A stretch of 64,000 bases of DNA, from NCBI RefSeq assembly GCF_963921235.1, contig NC_086108.1:117182001-117246000 (forward strand). Reading direction: 5' to 3'. Within the stretch, counting starts at the first letter, position 1. The number at the start of each line of letters is the position of its first letter. Below the pieces are notes generated by a model. That model was given only the letters and a program-made list of their open reading frames with translations, ran no database searches and was not told where the DNA came from. This document shows, piece by piece, positions 54,401-64,000 of the stretch. A program made the translations under genes and the position numbers. This DNA is from Mobula hypostoma. Lineage: Eukaryota.

Positions 54401-57300
54401 GGGTGTCAGTGAACCACAGAGTGGACAGGTGGACACGGTGTCAGTGAACCACAGCGTTGACAGGCGGACACGGTGTCAGTGATCCACAGAGTGGACAGGT
54501 GGACGGGGAGTCAGTGAACCACAGAGTGGACAGGTGGATGGTGTGTCAGTGAACCACAGAGTGGACAGGTTGAAACGGTGTCAGTGAACCACAAAGTGGA
54601 CAGGTGGACACGGTGTCAGTGGACCACAGAGTGGACAGGTGGATGGTGTGTCATTGAACCACAGAGTGGACAGGTGGAAACGGTGTCAGTGAACCACAGA
54701 GTGGACAGGTGGACACGGTGTCAGTGAACCACATAGTGGACAGGTGGACACGGTGTCAGTGAACCACAGAGTGGACAGGTGGACACGTTGACAGTGAACC
54801 ACAGAGTAGACAGGTGGACGGGGTGTCAGTGAACCACAGAGTGGACAGGTGGACACGATGTCAGTGAACCACAGAGTGGACAGGTGGACGGGGTGTCTGT
54901 GAACCACAGAGTGGACAGGTGGACAGGGTGTCAGTGAACCACAGAGTGGACAGGTGGACACGGTGTCAGTGAACCACAGAGTGGACAGGTGGACACGGTG
55001 TCAGTGAACCACAGAGTGGACAGGTGGACATGGTGACAGTGAACCACAGAGTGAACAGGTGGACACGGTGTCAGTGAACCACAGAGTGGACAGGTGGACA
55101 CGGTGACAGTGAACCACAGAGTGGACAGGTGGACGGGGTGACAGTGAACCACAGAGTGGACAGGTGGACGGGGTGACAGTGAACCACAGAGTGGACAGGT
55201 GGACACGGTGACAGTGAACCACAGAGTGGACAGGTGGACGGGGTGTCAGTGAACCACAGAGTGGACAGGTGGACACGGTGACAGTGAACCACAGAGTGGA
55301 CAGGTGGACACGGTGTGAGTGAACCACAGAGTGGACAGGAGGACACGGTGTCAGTGAACCACAGAGTGGACAGGTGGACACGGTGTGAGTGAACCACAGA
55401 GTAGACAGGTGGACACGGTGACAGAGAACCACAGAGTAGACAGGTGGACGGGGTGTCAGTGAACCACAGAGTGGACAGGTGGACACGGTGTGAGTGAACC
55501 ACAGAGTAGACAGGTGGACACGGTGACAGAGAACCACAGAGTGGACAGGTGGACACGGTGACAGTGAACCACAGAGTGCACAGGTGGACACGGTGTCAGT
55601 GAACCACAGAGTGGACAGGTGGACACGGTGTCAGTGAAACACAGAGTGGACAGGTGGACACGGTGACAGTGAACCACAGAGTGGACAGGTGGACGGGGTG
55701 TCAGTGAACCACAGAGTGGACAGGTGGACACGGTGACAGTGAACCACAGAGTGGACAGGTGGACGGGGTGTCAGTGAACCACAGAGTGGACAGGTGGACG
55801 GGGTGTCAGTGAACCACAGAGTGGACAGGTGGACACGGTGTCAGTGAACCACAGAGTGGACAGGTGGACACGGTGTGAGTGAACCACAGAGTGGACAGGA
55901 GGACACGGTGTCAGTGAACCACAGAGTGGACAGGTGGACGGGGTGTCAGTGAACCACAGAGTGGACAGGTGGACGGGGTGTCAGTGAACCACAGAGTGGA
56001 CAGGTGGACACAGTGTCAGTGAACCACAGAGTGGACAGGTGGACGGGGTGAAAGTTAACCACAGAGTGGACAGGTGGACACGGTGTTAGTGAACCACAGA
56101 GTGGACAGGTGGATGGGTTGACAGTGAATCACAGAGTGGACAGGTGGACGGGGTGTCAGTGAACCACAGAGCGGACAGGGCGACACGGTCTCAGTGAACC
56201 ACAGAGTGGACAGGTGGACGGGGTGTCAGTGAACCACAGAGTGGACAGGTGGACACGGTGTCAGTGAATCACAGAGTGGACACGTGGACACGGTGTGAGT
56301 GAACCACAGAGTGGACAGGTGGACACGGTGTGAGTGAACCACAGAGTGGACAGGTGGACGGGGTGTCAGTGAATCACAGAGTGGACAGCGGACACGGTGT
56401 GAGTGAACCACAGAGTGGACAGGTGGACGGGGTGTCAGTGAACCACAGAGTGGACAGTTGGACACGGTGTCAGTGAATCACAGAGTGGACAGGTGGACAC
56501 GGTGTCAGTGAATCACAGAGTGGACAGGTGGACACGGTGTGAGTGAACCACAGAGTGGACAGGTGGACACGGTGTCAGTGAATCACAGAGTGGACAGGTG
56601 GACACGGTGTGAGTGAACCACAGAGTGGACAGGTGGACGGGGTGTCAGTGAACCACAGAGTGGACAGGTGGACACGGTGTCAGTGAACCACAGAGTGGAC
56701 AGGTGGACACGGTGTCAGTGAACCACAGAGTGGACAGGTGGATGGTGTGTCAGTGAACCACAGAGTGGACAGGTGGATGGGCTGTCAGTGATCCACAGAG
56801 TGGACAGGTGGACACGGTGTCAGTGAACCACAAAATGGACAGGTGGACACGGTGTCAGTGAACCACAAAGTGGACAGGTGGACGGGGTGTCAGTGTATCA
56901 CAGAGTGGACAGGTGGACGGGGTGTCAGTGAACCACAGAGTGGACAGGTGGACGGGTTGTCAAGAACCACAGAGTGGACAGGTGGACACGGTGTCAGTGC
57001 ACCAGAGAGTGGACAGGTGGACACGGTGTTTGTGAACCACAGAGTGGACAGGTGGACACGGTGTCAGTGAACCACAGAGTGGACAGGTGGACAGGGTGAC
57101 AGTGAACCACAGAGTGGACAGGCGGACGGGGTGACAGTGAACCACAGAGTGGACAGGTGGACTCGGTGTCAGTGAACCACAGAGTGGACAGGTGGACGGG
57201 GTGTCAGTGAACCACAGAGTGGACAGGTGGACACGGTGTCAGTGAACCACAGAGTGGACAGGTGGACACGGTGACAGTGAACCACAGAGTGGACAGGTGG
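51420..57300 (+). repeat. Higher-order duplication, offset ~3.0-3.25 kb (about 84-93 monomers)
   Basis: ORFs 51678/54686 (3008 bp) and 53591/56843 (3252 bp) are identical pairs. The rare GAGCGGACAGGGCGACACGGTCTC marker is at ~53231 and ~56169. Confidence 0.8.
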
Positions 57301-58769
57301 ACACGGTGTCAGTGAACCACAGAGTGGACAGGTGGACACGGTGTCAGTGAACCACAGAGTGGACAGGTGGACACGGTGTCAGTGAACCAAAGAGTGGACA
57401 GGTGGACACGGTGACAGTGAACCACAGAGTGGACAGGTGGACACGGTGTCAGTGAACCACAGAGTGGACAGGTGGACACGGTGTCAGTGAACCACAGAGT
57501 GGACAGGTGGACACGGTGTCAGTGAACCAAAGAGTGGACAGGTGGACACGGTGTCAGTGAACCACAGCGTGGACAGGTGGACGGGGTGTCAGTGAACCAC
57601 AGAGTGGACAGGTGGACGGGTTGTCAAGAACCACAGAGTGGACAGGTGGACACGGTGTCAGTGAACCACAGAGTGGACAGGTGGACAGGGTGTCAGTGTA
57701 TCACAGAGTGGACAGGTGGACGGGGGGTCAGTGAACCACAGAGTGGACAGGTGGACACGGTGTCAGTGAACCACAGAGTGGACAGGTGGACGGGCTGTCA
57801 GTGAACCACAGAGTGGAGAGGTGGACGGGTTGTCAAGAACCACAGAGTGGACAGGTGGACGGGGTGTCTGTGAACCACAGAGTGGAAAGGGGGACACGGT
57901 GTTATTGAACCACAGAGTGGACAGGTGGACGGGGTATCAGTGAACCACAGAGTGGACAGGTGGACACGGTGTCAGTGCACCACAGAGTGAACAGGTGGAC
58001 ACGGTACAGAGTGGACAGGTGGACACGGTGACAGTGAACCACAGAGTGGACAGGAGGACACGGTGTCAGTGAACCACAGAGTGGACAGGTGGACGGGGTG
58101 TCAGTGAACCACAGAGTGGACAGGTGGACGGGGTGTCAGTGAACCACAGAGTGGACAGGTGGACGGGATGTCAGTGAACCACAGAGTGAACAGGTGGACA
58201 CGGTGTCAGTGAACCACAGACTGGACAGGTGGACACGGTGTCAGTGAACCACAGAGTGGACAGGTGGACGGGGTGTCAGTGAACCACAGAGTGGACAGGT
58301 GGACACGGTGTCAGTGAATCACAGAGTGGACAGGTGGACACGGTTTAAGTGAACCACAGAGTGGACAGGTGGACGGGCTGTCAGTGAACCAAAGAGTGGA
58401 CAGGTGGACGGGTTTTCAAGAACCACAGAGTGGACAGGTGGACGGGGTGTCTGTGAACCACAGAGTGGACAGGTGGACACGGTGTTAGTGAACCACAGAG
58501 TGGACAGGTGGACACGGTGTTAGTGAACCACAGAGTGGACAGGTGGACACGGTGTCAGTGCACCAGAGAGTGGACAGGTGGACACGGTATAGAGTGGACA
58601 GGTGGACACGGTGACAGTGAACCACAGAGTGGACAGGAGGACACGGTGTCAGTGAACCACAGAGTGCACAGGTGGACGGGGTGTCAGTGAACCACAGAGT
58701 GGACAGGTGGACGGGGTGTCAGTGAACCACAGAGTGGACAGGTGGTCGGGGTGTCAGTGAACCACAGAG

Positions 58770-61700
58770 TTGACAGGTGGACACGGTGTCAGTGAACCAC
58801 AGCGTGGACAGGTGGACACGGTGTCAGTGAACCACAGCGTGGACAGGTGGACACGGTGTCAGTGAACCACAGAGTGGACAGGTGGACGGGGAGTCAGTGA
58901 ACCACAGAGTGGACAGGTGGATGGTGTGTCAGTGAACCACAGAGTGGACAGGTTGAAATAGTGTCAGTGAACCACAGAGTGGACAGGTGGACGGGGAGTC
59001 AGTGAACCACAGAGTGGACAGGAGGACACGGTGTCAGTGAACCACATAGTGGACAGTTGGATGGGGTGACAGTGAACCACAGAGTGGACAGCTGGACACG
59101 GTGTCAGTGGACCACAGAGTGGACAGGTGGATGGTGTGTCATTGAACCACAGAGTGGAAAGGTGGAAACGGTGTCAGTGAACCACAGAGTGGACAGGTGG
59201 AAACGGTGTCAGTGAAGCACAGAGTGGACAGGTGGACACGGTGTCAGTGAACCACATAGTGGACAGGTGGACACGTTGACAGTGAACCACAGAGTAGACA
59301 GGTGGACGGGGTGTCAGTGAACCACAGAGTGGACAGGTGGACACGATGTCAGTGAACCACAGAGTGGACAGGTGGACGGGGTGTCTGTGAACCACAGAGT
59401 GGACAGGTGGACAGGGTGTCAGTGAACCACAGAGTGGACAGGTGGACACGGTGTCAGTGAACCACAGAGTGGACAGGTGGACACGGTGTCAATGAACCAC
59501 AGAGTGGACAGGTGGACACGGTGTCAGTGAACCACAGAGTGGACAGGTGGACACGGTGTCAGTGAACCACAGAGTGGACAGGTGGACACGGTGTCAGTGA
59601 ACCACAGAGCGGACAGGTGGACATGGTGTCAGTGAACCACAGAGTGGACAGGTGGACACGGTGTCAGTGAACCACAGAGTAGACAGGTGGACACGATGTC
59701 AGTGAACCACAGAGTGGACAGGTGGACGGGGTGTCTGTGAACCACAGAGTCGACAGGTGGACAGGGTGTCAGTGAACCACAGAGTGGACAGGTGGACACG
59801 GTGTCAGTGAACCACAGAGTAGACAGGTGGACGGGGTGACACTGAACCACAGAGTGGACAGCTGGACACGGTGTCAGTGAACCACAGAGTGGACAGGTGG
59901 ACACGGTGACAGTGAACCACAGAGTGCACAGGTGGACACGGTGTCAGTGAACCACAGAGTGAACAGGTGGACACGGTGACAGTGAACCACAGAGTGGACA
60001 GGTGGACACGGTGTCAGTGAACCACAGAGTGGACAGGTGGACACGGTGTCAGTGAACCACAGAGTGCACAGGTGGACACGGTGTCAGTGAACCACAGAGT
60101 GGACAGGTGGACACGGTGACAGTGAACCACAGAGTGGACAGGTGGACACGGTGTGAGTGAACCACAGAGTGGACAGGAGGACACGGTGTCAGTGAACCAC
60201 AGAGTGGACAGGTGGACACGGTGACAGTGAACCACAGAGTGGACAGGTGGACACGGTGTCAGTGAACCACAGAGTGGACAGGTGGACGGGGTGTCAGTGA
60301 ACCACAGAGTGGACAGGTGGACACGGTGACAGTGAACCACAGAGTGGACAGGTGGACACGGTGACAGTGAACCACAGAGTTGACAGGTGGACACGGTGTC
60401 AGTGAACCACAGCGTGGACAGGTGGACACGGTGTCAGTGAACCACAGCGTGGACAGGTGGACACGGTGTCAGTGAACCACAGAGTGGACAGGTGGACGGG
60501 GAGTCAGTGAACCACAGAGTGGACAGGTGGATGGTGTGTCAGTGAACCACAGAGTGGACAGGTTGAAATAGTGTCAGTGAACCACAGAGTGGACAGGTGG
60601 ACGGGGAGTCAGTGAACCACAGAGTGGACAGGAGGACACGGTGTCAGTGAACCACATAGTGGACAGTTGGATGGGGTGACAGTGAACCACAGAGTGGACA
60701 GCTGGACACGGTGTCAGTGGACCACAGAGTGGACAGGTGGATGGTGTGTCATTGAACCACAGAGTGGAAAGGTGGAAACGGTGTCAGTGAACCACAGAGT
60801 GGACAGGTGGAAACGGTGTCAGTGAAGCACAGAGTGGACAGGTGGACACGGTGTCAGTGAACCACATAGTGGACAGGTGGACACGGTGTCAGTGAACCAC
60901 AGAGTGGACAGGTGGACACGTTGACAGTGAACCACAGAGTAGACAGGTGGACGGGGTGTCAGTGAACCACAGAGTGGACAGGTGGACACGATGTCAGTGA
61001 ACCACAGAGTGGACAGGTGGACGGGGTGTCTGTGAACCACAGAGTGGACAGGTGGACAGGGTGTCAGTGAACCACAGAGTGGACAGGTGGACACGGTGTC
61101 AGTGAACCACAGAGTGGACAGGTGGACACGGTGTCAATGAACCACAGAGTGGACAGGTGGACACGGTGTCAGTGAACCACAGAGTGGACAGGTGGACACG
61201 GTGTCAGTGAACCACAGAGTGGACAGGTGGACACGGTGTCAGTGAACCACAGAGCGGACAGGTGGACATGGTGTCAGTGAACCACAGAGTGGACAGGTGG
61301 ACACGGTGTCAGTGAACCACAGAGTAGACAGGTGGACACGATGTCAGTGAACCACAGAGTGGACAGGTGGACACGGTGTCAGTGAACCACAGAGTGGACA
61401 GGTGGACAGGGTGTCAGTGAACCACAGAGTGGACAGGTGGACACGGTGTCAGTGAACCACAGAGTAGACAGGTGGACGGGGTGACACTGAACCACAGAGT
61501 GGACAGCTGGACACGGTGTCAGTGAACCACAGAGTGGACAGGTGGACACGGTGACAGTGAACCACAGAGTGCACAGGTGGACACGGTGTCAGTGAACCAC
61601 AGAGTGAACAGGTGGACACGGTGACAGTGAACCACAGAGTGGACAGGTGGACACGGTGTCAGTGAACCACAGAGTGGACAGGTGGACACGGTGTCAGTGA

Positions 61701-62030
61701 ACCACAGAGTGCACAGGTGGACACGGTGTCAGTGAACCACAGAGTGGACAGGTGGACACGGTGACAGTGAACCACAGAGTGGACAGGTGGACACGGTGTG
61801 AGTGAACCACAGAGTGGACAGGAGGACACGGTGTCAGTGAACCACAGAGTGGACAGGTGGACACGGTGACAGTGAACCACAGAGTGGACAGGTGGACACG
61901 GTGTCAGTGAACCACAGAGTGGACAGGTGGACGGGGTGTCAGTGAACCACAGAGTGGACAGGTGGACACGGTGACAGTGAACCACAGAGTGGACAGGTGG
62001 ACACGGTGACAGTGAACCACAGAGTGGACA
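58770..62030 (+). repeat. Near-perfect tandem duplication of 46/47 monomers (1610/1645 bp)
   Basis: GGTTGAAATAGTG is at 58951/60561 (1610 bp). ORFs 60014/61659 and ORF ends 59449/61094 are offset 1645 bp, because the second copy has one extra monomer near 60880. Confidence 0.9.
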
Positions 62031-62699
62031 GGTGGACACGGTGTGAGTGAACCACAGAGTGGACAGGAGGACACGGTGTCAGTGAACCACAGAGTGGACA
62101 GGTGGACACGGTGACAGAGAACCACAGAGTGGACAGGTGGACACGGTGTCAGTGAACCACAGAGTGGACAGGTGGACGGGGTGTCAGTGAACCACAGAGT
62201 GGACAGGTGGACACGGTGACAGTGAACCACAGAGTGGACAGGTGGACACGGTGTCAGTGAACCACAGAGTGGACAGGTGGACACGGTGTCAGTGAACCAC
62301 AGAGTGGACAGGTGGACACGGTGTCAGTGAACCACAGAGTGGACAGGTGGACACGGTGTCAGTGAACCACAGAGTGGACAGGTGGACGGGGTGTCAGTGA
62401 ACCACAGAGTGGACAGGTGGACACGGTGACAGTGAACCACAGAGTGGACAGGTGGACACGGTGTGAGTGAACCACAGAGTGGACAGGAGGACACTGTGTC
62501 AGTGAACCACAGAGTGGACAGGTGGACACGGTGACAGAGAACCACAGAGTGGACAGGTGGACGGGGTGTCAGTGAACCACAGAGTGGACAGGTGGACACG
62601 GTGACAGAGAACCACAGAGTGGACAGGTGGACACGGTGACAGTGAACCACAGAGTGCACAGGTGGACACGGTGTCAGTGAAGCACAGAGTGGACAGGTG

Positions 62700-64000
62700 G
62701 ACACGGTGTCAGTGAACCACAGCGTGGACAGGTGGACGGGGTGTCAGTGAACCACAGAGTGGACAGGTGGACGGGTTGTCAAGAACCACAGAGTGGACAG
62801 GTGGACACGGTGTCAGTGAACCACAGAGTGGACAGGTGGACAGGGTGTCAGTGTATCACAGAGTGGACAGGTGGACGGGGGGTCAGTGAACCACAGAGTG
62901 GACAGGTGGACACGGTGTCAGTGAACCACAGAGTGGACAGGTGGACGGGCTGTCAGTGAACCACAGAGTGGAGAGGTGGACGGGTTGTCAAGAACCACAG
63001 AGTGGACAGGTGGACGGGGTGTCTGTGAACCACAGAGTGGAAAGGGGGACACGGTGTTATTGAACCACAGAGTGGACAGGTGGACGGGGTATCAGTGAAC
63101 CACAGAGTGGACAGGTGGACACGGTGTCAGTGCACCACAGAGTGAACAGGTGGACACGGTACAGAGTGGACAGGTGGACACGGTGACAGTGAACCACAGA
63201 GTGGACAGGAGGACACGGTGTCAGTGAACCACAGAGTGGACAGGTGGACGGGGTGTCAGTGAACCACAGAGTGGACAGGTGGACGGGGTGTCAGTGAACC
63301 ACAGAGTGGACAGGTGGACGGGATGTCAGTGAACCACAGAGTGAACAGGTGGACACGGTGTCAGTGAACCACAGACTGGACAGGTGGACACGGTGTCAGT
63401 GAACCACAGAGTGGACAGGTGGACGGGGTGTCAGTGAACCACAGAGTGGACAGGTGGACACGGTGTCAGTGAATCACAGAGTGGACAGGTGGACACGGTT
63501 TAAGTGAACCACAGAGTGGACAGGTGGACGGGCTGTCAGTGAACCAAAGAGTGGACAGGTGGACGGGTTGTCAAGAACCACAGAGTGGACAGGTGGACGG
63601 GGTGTCTGTGAACCACAGAGTGGACAGGTGGACACGGTGTTAGTGAACCACAGAGTGGACAGGTGGACACGGTGTTAGTGAACCACAGAGTGGACAGGTG
63701 GACACGGTGTCAGTGCACCAGAGAGTGGACAGGTGGACACAGTATAGAGTGGACAGGTGGACACGGTGACAGTGAACCACAGAGTGGACAGGAGGACACG
63801 GTGTCAGTGAACCACAGAGTGCACAGGTGGACGGGGTGTCAGTGAACCACAGAGTGGACAGGTGGACGGGGTGTCAGTGAACCACAGAGTGGACAGGTGG
63901 TCGGGGTGTCAGTGAACCACAGAGTTGACAGGTGGACACGGTGTCAGTGAACCACAGCGTGGACAGGTGGACACGGTGTCAGTGAACCACAGCGTGGACA
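62700..64000 (+). repeat. Copy of block ~57545-58845 at offset 5155 bp (148 monomers minus 25 bp); an earlier copy lies at ~50040-51250
   Basis: ORFs 50045, 57577 and 62732 are identical 75-aa translations, and ORFs 58508/63663 are also offset 5155 bp. The GTGGAAAGGGGGAC marker and the paired 24-bp monomers are present in all three copies. Confidence 0.9.

Larger units (their letters stand above)
1..64000 (+). repeat. Tandem satellite array of a 35-bp monomer (AGGTGGACACGGTGTCAGTGAACCACAGAGTGGAC), about 1,830 copies, single orientation, open at both window ends
   Basis: The monomer at 1-35 recurs every 35 bp throughout (36, 71, 106, ...). No non-repeat sequence and no reverse-complement copies were seen. 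Copy number is estimated as 64000/35. Confidence 0.99.

Noticed and set aside
435..62704. Minus-strand Cys/His-rich ORFs up to 196 aa with repeated CPLC (CxxC) motifs resembling zinc-finger or metal-binding proteins
   Set aside because: They are translations of the 35-bp repeat, giving a 35-aa period over 3 monomers. The consensus has a TGA in every monomer on both strands. ORFs open only where common variants remove it, overlap in several frames, mostly begin at non-ATG codons, and recur only because the DNA is duplicated. There is no gene context.
7456..63845. Plus-strand 60-83 aa ORFs (VSVNHRVDRWT...)
   Set aside because: They arise where indel or substitution variants skip the in-repeat TGA. 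They are short, repeat-derived and have no coding evidence.
1..64000. CRISPR array (35-bp repeat length is in the CRISPR range)
   Set aside because: Repeats are directly adjacent with no unique spacers, no leader and no cas genes.
1..64000. Telomeric repeat or strong G-quadruplex array (G-rich + strand)
   Set aside because: There is no TTAGGG-like unit, and the variant/HOR pattern is unlike telomerase products. There is at most one run of 3 or more G per monomer, so only weak two-tier G4s are conceivable.

Overview
The whole 64-kb window is one uninterrupted, single-orientation, head-to-tail tandem array of a 35-bp monomer. The consensus is AGGTGGACACGGTGTCAGTGAACCACAGAGTGGAC (57% GC, 66% purine on the + strand), in about 1,830 copies, and the array runs off both ends. 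I see no genes, RNA genes, transposons, CRISPR spacers or unique sequence. Every ORF in the supplied track is a translation of the repeat. This looks like eukaryotic satellite/macrosatellite DNA (inference); I do not recognise the family or the organism. The information lies in the order of monomer variants. Two major types (AC vs GG at monomer positions 9-10) and many rare diagnostic variants (substitutions, 34-bp and 24-bp monomers) reveal nested higher-order duplications of roughly 3 to 250 monomers and three domains with different variant sets. One stretch (~17.6-24.2 kb) has lost most variants and carries an indel cluster, which may be a consensus/assembly artefact or recent homogenisation. 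I found no convincing novel coding system. All offsets were read by eye from marker positions and the ORF track, so block boundaries are approximate.
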